Shown piece after piece: positions 29,981 through 41,424 of a stretch of DNA of 51,295 nt. A program made the position numbers and the translations under genes. The notes below the pieces were generated by a model. That model saw only the letters and a list, made by a program, of their open reading frames with translations, searched no databases and was not told the origin of the DNA. Source of the DNA: Bigelowiella natans CCMP2755 (Eukaryota; Protista; Cercozoa); the NCBI GenBank assembly GCA_000320545.1, contig ADNK01002605.1:1-51295 (forward strand), read 5' to 3'. Position 1 is the first letter of the stretch; the number at the start of each line of letters is the position of its first letter.

Positions 29981-30062
29981 TATAAGACGGATGTAATGAA
30001 ATGTTTAAATTTTCCAATATGGTCATCCTAATGTAGCTGTGCAAAGCAGTGGCTACAGCGCT
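29981..30062 (-). mobile_element. Second short 3'-end copy of the same LINE, inverted
   Basis: Reverse complement agcgctgtagccactgctttgcacagctacattaggatgacc...aaaatttaaacatttcattacatccgtcttata matches 15475-15556. Confidence 0.8.
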
Positions 30063-30278
30063 CATATAGAGATATATGCAGGCATCTTACGGCTACAGCA
30101 TTTCTACTGCGTTGCATTAGCATTGCCGCTACCTGAACTGAGCTTGGTTGGCTTGGCATCGTAACATGGACAATAAATGCATACATGTGTAGATAATTCG
30201 TAGAATAAGCTTTCGATTTTATGCATGCAGAACTGTGACCTGAAGATACAATACGACCACTCAAGTTCACAGCCGACG

Positions 30279-31697
30279 CTATGTCGATCGTCTCCATGAA
30301 CAGAATCGATTTGCCCAACCACAAGGCCCCCCTGCACATGGCATGGTTTTCTCCCAATCCCGATCTTTGTGGTATGCACGAAAACATGGTTGTTCGAACA
30401 CTAGCTTTCGAGTCGTCATGGTCGTCATAGAATCACTCTGTGGAATCTTTTTAACTTTTGGGATCACATCTTGAGCCAGGGCGACATCGCACCCTTGGCC
30501 ACGTAGCCTGGACGCCCAGACACGGAGGACTGCTTGATTGAAAAGGGTGTATCCGAAGTGACTCCAGTGGTTGTCGGTTCCTGGTGGGTCACCTTGCTCT
30601 GTTTTAATAACCTCCCATATTGCATTGAAATCTATCATTGTTATCGCGGTGCTAACCGATGCAGATGATGAGGTGCATCTTGTCCTCATCTCTTCTGAGG
30701 CCATATATATCTTCGCTGAGACGATATCTGTGAACTGTGGCATCAAGCCCATGACACAGATGAGTCCCTCTTTCTTGCATATATCCGCTAGCTTCTGTAC
30801 TCCTCTACTACAGTACTGGCCGAATGCGGCGTGGAAGTTGTGCTTGTCAACATCCCACTGACCATCTTGCCAAAAGACGAACCTTCGCCACGACGAATCG
30901 TGGAGGTTCATGCTTAGTTGGGTAGGCAGCTCGTCGGTGAAGGTTGACCAGTGAAATGTTGCCCGCAGCGTAATTTCTCCCATTGACTCGAGCGTCTCTT
31001 TGCTGACCGGAGAGGCCGAGCTGGAGTATAAAACCTCGTCTCCTCTCAAGACCACGTCGAAGAATCCAAGATGTGGCCAGTGGTTGGTCTCATTTGCCCA
31101 CTTGAAGAATGAGCCCCCCTTCATCCCGGTCTTATCAAGCATCATGATGAGCGACATCGTGAAAAATCTCGAATGGCTATCACCGAATATTATCAGGTGG
31201 ATGGGACGTCGCCTACTTTCTTGGCATTCCCCAGATGCTGTAGCGGGGTTGGATGATGAGCAGGGCAATGTTAGAGCCTGAACGACCTCTGAGGGAGTTG
31301 TGTAGGCCTCTAGTATCCGGTTGTATTCAAATAAGCCGTTTCCGTAGTTGAGTTTTCCTGATGTTCCTTTCCAAACACAGTGATGGTTTGGCATGGCGTG
31401 CCTCTCCTTTGGCGGAACATAATCATATTCCACTTCGGCTCCGGATTTCTCCTGAGAATCATTCTCATCCCTAGGTTCAGAGCCTATTTCCTTGTCTGGG
31501 TGATTTCGAATGTTGCCGGAAACGGGTCCACCGACGCCGGCCACACCAAGAGCACTATCTTTGAGTTCATCGCCTCTTGTGGACGAATTCTCTATGATGC
31601 GAGGATCTTGGAGGAATTTGTCCCGGTCCTCACTAAGAAAAAGGATCAGGAGGCACACGAGGAGACACGCGTAAGCCCGAACATGAAGTCCAGACAT
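30279..31697 (-). CDS. Intronless type II membrane protein with an SGNH/GDSL-like (O-acetyltransferase/esterase) domain
   Basis: N-terminal TM (YACLLVCLLILFL), stem, IIFGDSHSRFF (GDS motif), and a distal GTDNHWS Asp/His motif. Confidence 0.65.
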   Translation of the reverse strand: MSGLHVRAYACLLVCLLILFLSEDRDKFLQDPRIIENSSTRGDELKDSALGVAGVGGPVSGNIRNHPDKEIGSEPRDENDSQEKSGAEVEYDYVPPKERHAMPNHHCVWKGTSGKLNYGNGLFEYNRILEAYTTPSEVVQALTLPCSSSNPATASGECQESRRRPIHLIIFGDSHSRFFTMSLIMMLDKTGMKGGSFFKWANETNHWPHLGFFDVVLRGDEVLYSSSASPVSKETLESMGEITLRATFHWSTFTDELPTQLSMNLHDSSWRRFVFWQDGQWDVDKHNFHAAFGQYCSRGVQKLADICKKEGLICVMGLMPQFTDIVSAKIYMASEEMRTRCTSSSASVSTAITMIDFNAIWEVIKTEQGDPPGTDNHWSHFGYTLFNQAVLRVWASRLRGQGCDVALAQDVIPKVKKIPQSDSMTTMTTRKLVFEQPCFRAYHKDRDWEKTMPCAGGPCGWANRFCSWRRST

Positions 31698-32453
31698 GAC
31701 TGCCCGAGGGCAGGGCATGCATCTAGCAAATCTGAAAGAGTAAAATACAGAGAATTTTAGTCCTGCGACATGATGATGACAACCCTTATCTTTACTAATA
31801 TCTACCGGGAACTTCACAACAGCTACGGCTATAATCCTTGTGCGATTTCGGATTTCCAGGATTTCCAGGATTTGGATTTCCAACGAGTGTCAAGACCTGA
31901 CTCACTCGGTTTATTGTATAATTGTTTGATCGAGCTGGATTGGAAAAAAAAAAAAAAGTCTTCGAGATCATCAAGTCTACGACATCATCCCAGCAAAAAA
32001 AAAGCCCAAAGAATGATGTAGATCCGATGTTTTACATTGACACTACGAGGACGAGGAGAGCGGCTTGCTGCTACGTGCCAAAAGCTGGACAGGACTCTTT
32101 TGGTGAAACGGGGGGAAAACCTTACAGAAAATGCATGTCGCGCAGCTGAAAACAACTGGGTTTCGGTGTTTAAGGAGGAGCGGTTTTGGTATTTCGACGT
32201 GCACACGCACGCAAACACACACACACACGCATCCATAAACACACACACACACACACACACGCTTCTTCGTTGACATAAATCGTTAAGCTAATCGATCTAC
32301 GGAGCTATTCGATCCAGCTAGAGCGGCGACACTGCGGAAAAACATTCAATACTAGCCTCTAACCTCAATCTCCTGTGTTGCCCTTCGAAGATCATGGGTG
32401 TTACGAAGAATCCGGTAAGAGGGGTGGAGGATTTTCCTTACAGATGATCGTTG

Positions 32454-32665
32454 ATGTTGGACCTAACAACCCGTCTCACGCACAACGTAGACAATGTCAA
32501 AGCGAATGGCCGGTCTAAAGCAGACTTTCGAGAAGCTTTCACAAGCAAGAACGGTGGATACAAAATGAATACAAATGAGGAAAAGAAGCGAACCTTGTGA
32601 AACCTTCCTCCACATCCGAAGATGAGATGAATATACACATTTTAATTAACTATATTCTCATGAAA

Positions 32666-32708
<43 letters not shown>

Positions 32709-33924
32709 TCAAAGTTGATTTCATGCGAGCATGTGGAAGTAGATGGGAAACATCTGTTTGTTTGACAGAGAACAAAGATGGCTCGAGATCCTAACAAAAA
32801 ATTGAAGCGTAGGATGAGTAGGCGTGTCGCATCAGCAAGAAAGATTTACGAGGTGAATCTTATGTATATCTCGACCGATTTTTAGAGATAATAATATTCA
32901 TAGGTACTAGAGAGATTTATTCGATAACAGTCCCCGTTAGCGCTCATTACAATCCTAAAATATCTTCAGCAGGACTCTGTCAAGCAAGAGGGAGAGCAAG
33001 AATTGAAAGAGCAGGAAAAAGGAGTCAATGCACAAAAACTAGAGATACAAAAACCAAATAAGCAGCAGCAGAAGCAGGAGCACGATGAGAAAGAGGATGA
33101 GGATAGGATACTGCCTGTCGTTGACTCCAGAGAAGCTGTCGACAGCAGCTCCACTCCTAATGACTCCCCAACAAGTGAAGCTGTCGACAGCTCCACTCCT
33201 AATGACTCCCCAACAAGTAAACACTCACCTCACTGTGACGACAGCAAAGGAAGAGTAAAAAAAGTTAAAGAAGAAGAACAGTCATCTGAAGCAGAGGTGA
33301 GGAACCAGCGAGTTGAGGAGGGGGAGGAGGTTAAAGAGCAGGAGGCGACTGTGAATGCTGAAATTGAGAAAAACGGAGAAACTGTCGCTTCTACCGCGGT
33401 CATAACGACTGCAGACTATTCCCAGTACGCAGCTATACTTAACAACGATGCGGCTCCTGATAGCATGGAAGAGATGAGGAAAGAGGAGTATAATGATGAT
33501 GAGGAGAAGCAAACGAATAAGGAGGCAGAGGCGGAAAAGGAGGGGGGATATAGCCCTAGTGCCACTGCAATTACTACCACTGCGACTTTAATGAATCATC
33601 CGGAAAACGACGAGGTGAGAAAGGAAAACGGGGAGAAAAGTGTGGATGAAAATAGTCCTGTTACTACTACGACCACTGTGGATGCAAATGTGGATGTTAC
33701 TTCGCGGGATGAAGAGATTGTTAATAACATCGGCGGCTATGCGAGCAAAGAAGCAGATGATTGTAATAATGGTTTAAAGAAATCAAGGGACATTGATGAT
33801 TCAGGAACACCTAAAATGATCGACGACATCAAGCCAAAAACCAGAGAACTAAAAGGCTCTTATTCTCCAGGTGCGCATACAGCGTACATGCACACCTGCT
33901 GCATGTGAGTGCGCGCGCGCGCCC

Positions 33925-33967
<43 letters not shown>

Positions 33968-34830
33968 TGCGTGTTCGTGTATAAACAATTTGTGTGTACC
34001 ATATGTACCTCATCTCGAAAATTGGATAGACTTAACTAATTCAATATTTTTCTGTAGAGAAAGTCGTCAAGAGAACACGTCTGGGGCGGGGACACGTTCG
34101 CTTCGTCCAGTGTAAATATTCACTCTTATATTTAGATTTTTATAGCTGGGATGACAACTGAATCTGAACTATTTTAGAGCTAGCCCACATTCTTTCTTTC
34201 CTCAGTACACAACGAGAAGCTCTTCTACGCACACAGTCCAGAGGAAATTGATACCACTGACAAACTGAATCAGCTGGAGAGAAGGTGCGAAGAGATTTTA
34301 GACATAAACCAAACCATGATATAATGTGCATGCTCATTGCAATTGTTTCTATGTAAACTCTTCGCTGGTGCATACTATGCATGAGTACGTGTGTGCGTCC
34401 AAAGACTAAATTTGATCACGACAATTTGTGTTCATTTCTACTGTTCTTCTTCCATCGAAGATACGATAGAGAGCATGGGTCTGGGAGCAGCATCAGCACT
34501 AGCCATTTAAATCGCAACAGGAGCAGCAGCCGGATACTCGGAACTGGCAGGCAGAAGATCAAGAAGAGGCTGAGCGACAGGAATGTCGTTGTGATTCCTC
34601 TAGACACGGTAGCCAAAATGGTGATAAAAGATCAGCAGAAGATGACGCTGCAAGTGAGAGAGGCGAGCCAAAAAAGAGATTTCACCTTTGAAACAGAGGA
34701 AGACTCATCACTCGTTTCTCGGGTCGAAGTTACCATCTGGCGAGCACACCGAAACCCTGCCGCAACAAGCGCCATTAGTGCTGCTGCTAAGAAACACAAC
34801 GCGGCGACCTCTTCACGGCGGCTTCAGTGA
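32454..34830 (+). CDS. Acidic low-complexity protein with a C-terminal PH-like domain, multi-exon; start approximate
   Basis: Glu-rich exon ~32970-33870, then EKVVKRTRLGRGHVRFVQ|HNEKLFYAHS...VVIPLDTVAKMVIKDQQKMTLQVREASQKRDFTFETEEDSSLVSRVEVTIW (beta-strand run plus terminal helix). Confidence 0.55.
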
Positions 34831-35479
34831 GAGCTAGAAGACCAGAATGATGAATCTTCGTACTCTCTGAGACCATTGCATCTACGAAAGTGATTGTTAT
34901 TGAAGACGTTTTGGTAAATGACTTCTATTATACCGCATCACACTCTTAGATCGCGAATACGGTTGAACAGCATTGACCGCCGCGTTTTAAAATCAACAGC
35001 ATTGCGCAACACTCTAAAAATGCTGCTAGCAACACTGCGCCAATACTTTTTCACAATGCTGCAGCAACACTGCTCACATTGCACATCCATGAGCAACACC
35101 GCTTCAAAAGCACTTTGTGAGCGCTTCAACAAAACGCTTTGATCCAATCATTCGGTTGGTTGGAATCAGGGTCCGAGGGTCATGGTTGGCGACCGCAGGC
35201 ACCTTGCTAGCTTTGGGAGACTCGGGCTGCTCGAGCGCCACAGCTGGTGTGAAAGGACGTTTCTGAGCCGAACAATTCTGGAATTGAAACTTTGAGAAAG
35301 TTTGAAAGCGCTTGCATGTTTGGAAATCATCAAAGTGGGATTTGAAAGGGCGCCAACTTGTTTCAAGTGTTGCTCTTTTTTCTTCGTGTTGACTTCAGCA
35401 ATTTGACGATGCACACAAGCAAGAAAGCCGTTCAAATCGCACGGCCACTTCCTCGGCAAGGAGAGAGATGCGCTGCTTG

Positions 35480-35840
35480 CTCAATGAAGGAACGTGAGAA
35501 GCCAGTTTCATTGGTGGTTTTTGAAAGATCACACTTTCCTTTGATCTGTGGCATTCTTCATCACCACCTTGGTGCATGCCAGCATGTGCATCTCTGGATC
35601 TGTGATGGGTCTGCAGAGCGAGTTGTGGCAGTCCAGAGCCACGTGCGATCAATTCTGCAGGTGTTGGCATCGAGTGCAGTGACAGGGCCACCTGCTGCAT
35701 GGTGATCCTTGAAAACTGTGACAGGTGTCAGCATGATCAGCACGTGCTGATCCAAAATGCTTGCTGACAATTTCCACAGGAACTCTCATTTCTTCCACAT
35801 CGCACACATCAATGGTGGTCAATTCTTTTTCAATGTCTGC
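35480..35840 (-). pseudogene. Frameshifted fragment of an SF1B (RecD/PIF1-like) helicase C-terminus, of mobile-element or viral origin
   Basis: HADTCHSFQG resembles motif V (YAxTxHxxQG). After a frameshift, GPVTALDANTCRIDRTWLWTATTRS resembles motif VI (xxTAxTR). Confidence 0.55.
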
Positions 35841-35849
35841 ACACCTCGA

Positions 35850-36860
35850 TCAAACCCTGCAACCCTGGCCTCCAGCGCGATCGCGCGCAGCTGCGGCCGC
35901 GCGGCCGCGGCCATGCTGGCACGGCTGGCCTACACTGCTAGCTGCCAAGCTGTTTGCACGCTTTTGTGGCTCGCCCAAAGCCGCTTGGGTCAAGGTTTGC
36001 GGCCATTTGTGGCTTTTTGAGGCTCCGCTCTGAGGTGCCAGAGCCAGAAAACTCTGGCAATGTTGGTGCAGCACAACTCTGCGTGCGCTGGCAAGGCATG
36101 GCCACGCGACTTGAAGGACACATTGGACATGCCAAATCCAGTGTGCACGCGAAAACTTGGAGGAAATTGATGCTTTTTGCTCTGTGTGCGATGGCACTTG
36201 CGCACGCCAATTTGAGCCAATGTGGGCTGAAATCGGTCATTTTTTTGACACAAAAAGTGGCCTAACGGGTCGATTTTTGGTCGAATTTCACTTTTTTTTG
36301 GCTGATCAGACGCGCCTTGAGCAGGGCTTTCGAGGGAATGAAAACCACTTTTGATGAAATTGTGCAGAAAGTGTTCAAAAATTGAAAAAACACTCATTTT
36401 TGTGCTGAGCAACGACCAAAATCGGCCATTTTTGGTGAGCAATCGACGATTTTTGCGGTTTTCTTGAAATTTGAACACTTTCCATCCCTGATTGCCTGCT
36501 CGAGGCGCGTTCGGTCAGCCAAAAAAAAGTGAAATTGGACCAAAATTGGACCCGTCAGGTGACTTTTTGTGCACGTGTTGGCGCCCTCGTGGGAGCGGCG
36601 CGTGCATTTTCGCACGCGCAGCGCTGCCGATCTGTCGACGCGCACGCAAAACTGTCCCAGCCACATCAATTCAGGGGTGCCCCCGCTTCGATCGCGCCGC
36701 TGCGCGTTGCGCAAAGTGCCCCAGATCAAAAGTTGTCAACAAAAATGTGCGCGCATTGCAGGTTTGATCCAGACGTGATGTGCAAGTTTTTTGAATTGTT
36801 TGCATTCCAATGCTCTCATTGTTGGCTTGCTTGACCTCATCGACATTCTTTCATCTCCTC
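35850..36860. mobile_element. Non-autonomous DNA-transposon-like element with an internal ~77-bp inverted repeat (36249-36325 / 36495-36571)
   Basis: Imperfect inverted repeat plus repeated aaatcggycatttt motifs; nearly TpA-free. Confidence 0.5.
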
Positions 36861-37544
36861 TGTCAACTAACTGACCAATGAGCGAAGAAGTCAGTGATGC
36901 ACCATTTAGCAGACCATCTTTTCAGTGTTTCTGCAGTGATGATGCACATCGTCTTGCGCAGCACGGCAGCGCAAAACGAGTCAATGTGCAAACACGTTGT
37001 TCATGAATCACAACGATTTGGGAGCACGAAACCTGCCTGTGGTGCTTGACACAACATCCATGACAGCTAGCGTGGGCATTTCTTTGGAGCTTGATGTGTC
37101 AGACGTGGCATTCAAACAATTTCTCATTCCAACGCCATGGCATCGGACGAAACTTGAGCGTGCGTCATGGAAAGCGCACAGTTCATTCTAACAGGTTTTT
37201 GTGGAAAGCAAACTCGTGGTTCTGTCCAAAAGATGAAATTTCAGTGCTCTTCGCAAGAGTAGAAATGACCCAAATCTAGATGTTTCAGTACGCCCGGGCT
37301 ACTTCAATGCTGCTTACTAGAATTCATGTTTGAAGTGTGAACACCATTAAGACCATAACCTCCCCGTTCAAAGCACAAAGTACCAAATTCCTCAACAACA
37401 ACAGCCAACACAGCCATTGATGCAGCACGCTGGCATGATGCATGGGGTTCTGACACAAAATGGTGCCCAAATTCGGGGGGGAATGTCCGGTGGGGTTCCG
37501 CTTCAAGGCCCCACCATGCAAGAAGTGGACCCTGCGGTTGCTGC

Positions 37545-37880
37545 TCAGCACAGAACAAAGAGCCCGGCAATGGTGGCCAAAACTCCGCCAATGATTGAAA
37601 AATGGATGATCACGATTCCAATTCCACTTAGCCATGTTGTTAGGATCAAAAATCCACTACTCCAGATGAACCATGATGAAAAAATTATTGCAAACACACA
37701 ACAATCGCCTAGGGCGGCCAACATAATTATCCCTGGCAGCACTCCGATTATGACATCGAGCAGACTCCACAACAGATTGGGGAAGAAATAATCTTGTCCC
37801 TTCTGTTTAATTGCAACGGATAGGAGTGAGGCGATAAACAGGAAAACAGGAAATTTCGATTGTTAAAATGCTATATAAAT

Positions 37881-37930
<50 letters not shown>

Positions 37931-39050
37931 TGTGTGTGTGTGTGTGTGTGTGTGTGCATTATTCGCACCTCGTAGCAAGACCAGTTATTACAAAACATAG
38001 TGCTAGAATGCTCGGTATCGCATTTGCATTCTGAGAACTCAAACTCCTCCTCGGAATCGATGTTCCCTTTCCATTTTTGGCAGTATTGGTTGTTAGCGGA
38101 CGCTTGAAGGCATGTGTACTCCTGATGATGAAGAATGATGTGTGATGGAACAGATCGAACTCAGACGCAATCTAAAGTACATCATCACCTCGTATTCCCG
38201 AAACGCATGGTTGTGCTCATCGTATTCTTCCTGTGTCCAATACTCACAGTAGCCTGTGCTCGAGACTTTCTGGCAGTACGCATCAGCGTACTCATACTCT
38301 GATTCTGGAGTATACCAGCAACGTGAGTAGCCGTCGTCCCAGCACTCCGATGCGTAGTGGTAGCTGAGTGAAAAACGTTTTTATTGAGAGAAAAACATTT
38401 TCATTGCAAGATTAGGCAGTCAACAGCTTTCAAACATCGTCGAGTTTATGACATGTATATTCAATCCATAAACACCGCCGTCAGAGACAATGATTTAGGA
38501 AAGTTTCGGATTGCCGAACAACAAAGAGGCTCAAGGAGCGATGGATAGCCAGCCAGGTCGTGGTGTTAACGATGCATTCAGAGGATATAACCTATCAGCG
38601 TATTTACCGGTCGTTTCTGTCTTCGCACGCAAAGCAGCACTTGGTTCTGCCCCACAAATTATATACCGAGTGAGAGACTAAGCATAGTGGAAGACGAGGA
38701 AGGGCTGAACTTTATCAATCAAGCATTACGGGTAGAGTGTCGGAACGGGATGCTCATTATCCTTGCACTTATCGGACTCGCGCTGCTGGCAGTGCCAGTG
38801 ATAGCAATACTCTCTGCACAGATGTAAAGGCACGGCTAATCACCAAGGGTATTTTCCAGGTGTACGAGTTAAGAATTTTTTTTGAATCGATGTATGATCG
38901 ATTACCTCCCCGTAGCAGCATGCGTCCTTGTTGTTCGACAAGTGCACGTCCCATATTCGTACTGGTATTGATGATTGGCGCGTTATAAACGGAACTTGTT
39001 TTAGCGTGAATATGTGAATCAATATGTGCACGTTTTATGACAATATGTAT

Positions 39051-39085
<35 letters not shown>

Positions 39086-39339
39086 CCCTTTCCCCGTATC
39101 AACTAAAATTATAACAATCAAAGCATGCGACTCTCGCCTTTCTTCTCTCATCCGATATAAACGAGACCAAATTTTCGTTCAATGTGTCCAAAATTATCTA
39201 TTAAATTTGACCTCATCAGCACTATCTTCGATTGATTCCCAGCTATAGCAGTATGTCGACGCATTATTCCCTTGCAGGCACTGTTTTGAGTATTACTTTG
39301 ATTAAAAAAGTATAGAAACACACACACACACACACACAC

Positions 39340-39375
<36 letters not shown>

Positions 39376-40198
39376 TAGTATCCAACGTCAATATCCCTAC
39401 TGCGAAATTGAGATATAAATTGCTAAATATCTCCCAGATTTTGAAGACATCAAGCATACTGTATAATTACGTTATAGTTTTCGTTCTCTGAATCCCATAC
39501 GAGCTCCGACATTGGGTATCTGCCGTAACAAACCATGGGGTCAATAACACTGAATTATCAGTTTGAAATCTTGAGAATGGGATGCAAAGCGACAATGCCA
39601 GTGAATTTGCTACTGACACGCCTAAATCCACAGCATCGGCTGGTTCATAAAAGGACTCTAAAAAAAACAACTTAAATTCATACTCACCCGCCGTTGTAGT
39701 GTGGGAAGCCATCACATAGCATTCCAGCACGATGAGCCACGTCCTCGTCACTACAGTGGAGATTGTCACAAGCCTGTCTATCATGACATTCCAAACCTCC
39801 AGAAAGGCTTTTCCTGCAATCTAGACGCTTTTTATCGTCCTAAAGGTGATGGCGCCGGCAAGTTTGTATTGTCAGACACCAACTAAGGCAAGGGTTGATC
39901 TGTGCAGATGTTTACCCCTATGTCTGAACAATAGATGTACTTCCCTACTGCTCTTTTCTAAACTCTAGCTGAATTTTGGCGACCAATGAGTTGTTTGCAT
40001 ACCACCTTATATGACGTATCGCAGGTCTCCTGGAAAAAAATATCCACCATCGAAACAATACGACATTGCAAAGTCAGATTTTAAGATTCAACAACAGTGG
40101 CGTTTACGCACCGAGTTCTTAGGGTTTGTTTCCTGGCTGGCAAGCGCTAGTTGCAGAACCAACGCGCAAAGAAGAAAGCCGATAGAATTTCTTGACAT
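37545..40198 (-). CDS. Secretory-pathway protein with Cys/Trp-rich repeats and C-terminal multi-TM anchor, multi-exon
   Basis: Signal peptide MSRNSIGFLLCALVLQLALAS. Repeats YCQKVSSTGYCEYW, YTCLQASANNQYCQKW and CKCDTEHSSTMFCNNWSCYE. Hydrophobic last exon YFFPNLLWSLLDVIIGVLPGIIMLAAL...GLFVLC*. Confidence 0.7.
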
Positions 40199-40589
40199 TC
40201 CTGAAAATGAAACTTAATGTTTGCCCTTCCTCTCTAATTGTCTCCTCTCCGAAAAGAAATTTAGAGAAATTTTGCATGCATCGATCCTCGTCGACATCAT
40301 AGCGGCATTTCCTCGCTATAGTGCCAAAAAAACATGTTTGGAGGTAGGCGATGGTGGGCACTTCAAAACCTTCGTCTGATGCGGTAATTCTCAGGAGAAC
40401 TAGGAATTGGGGGAGGGCTGGTTTATTCGTTTCCGTTTTTTTTAGATATTCGTTCAGGTTCGCATGTGTGCGTGTATCATCTGTTTGGAGTTTCCACTGT
40501 TTCCATTGCCGTTACGACTCGTCAAACTCAACATTTTCTTGTCGCAGTGAATAAATCGATTCGATTTCTCATGGGAAAAACGCTCTATT

Positions 40590-41387
40590 TGCTCCCTCCA
40601 CAGTGATCGATCATGGAAGCATGTGAGCATGGACATGTGTTGCATGAACTTTGATCCTCAAATGTCAATGCCAATGGATGGTGTTCTTCCTTGGTGAAAT
40701 CCAAGAAGAAGATTGCCATGAAAGGAGGATTTCGGGGTGAAGAAAACAAAGAGAACTCACAGTCCTGAAGTTGGCAAAGACAAGGCACGAAAAAAATGAA
40801 ATCGCAGGAATGTGGGATGCACCTGCTGGAAAAAAGATGGACGAGCAATTCAAATGAGATCTTCAAGCTCCTTGTTGGCTGAAATGCCATTCTTGATTCC
40901 TTCTAGTTTCACTAGTTAGACCTCACTAAAGTCAGTTCGAGGCACTCTAGCACTGCCGCACACTGCAAGTGTCTTGCAACGTTTTGGAAAGGCAGTTTGT
41001 CATCATTGTTTCATTGTTTCAATGGACCCCAATGTCTTGCTAGGTGCATAGGTGTTCCTTCGGATGACCCGGCCGCGGACCAGCGTGTAGATGTAGCCTT
41101 ATTGACATTGCAAAATCGGTTGACCCAACATTCTACTGGAAAGTCCTGAACCATCTCCTCATCTTCAGTGCGATCTAGCGATGTGTGCGGGTTTGTTCCA
41201 TGGCAGGCACTGACCAGCGTTGCAATGTGTGCGTGAGCTGACTAGATAGTGGATGCACTCATGCACCGTTGCACTAGCACAGCTGCCGTTCGCACGAAAA
41301 CTCCTACCTTTTCATGACGCTTCCTGTTGCTCATCATTGCGCTGTGCTGACGATCGTCTGGCACGTGGATGTCTAGATGTGTGTGAT

Positions 41388-41424
<37 letters not shown>

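Noticed and set aside
33132-33218. ~45-bp coding tandem duplication (EAVDSSTPNDSPTS)
   Set aside because: Ordinary slippage in a low-complexity exon.
34918-37279. Dense overlapping ORFs in all six frames (also at 21962-23213 and 14973-15420)
   Set aside because: Loss of TA removes TAA and most TAG stops on both strands, so long Tyr-free ORFs are expected artefacts rather than genes.
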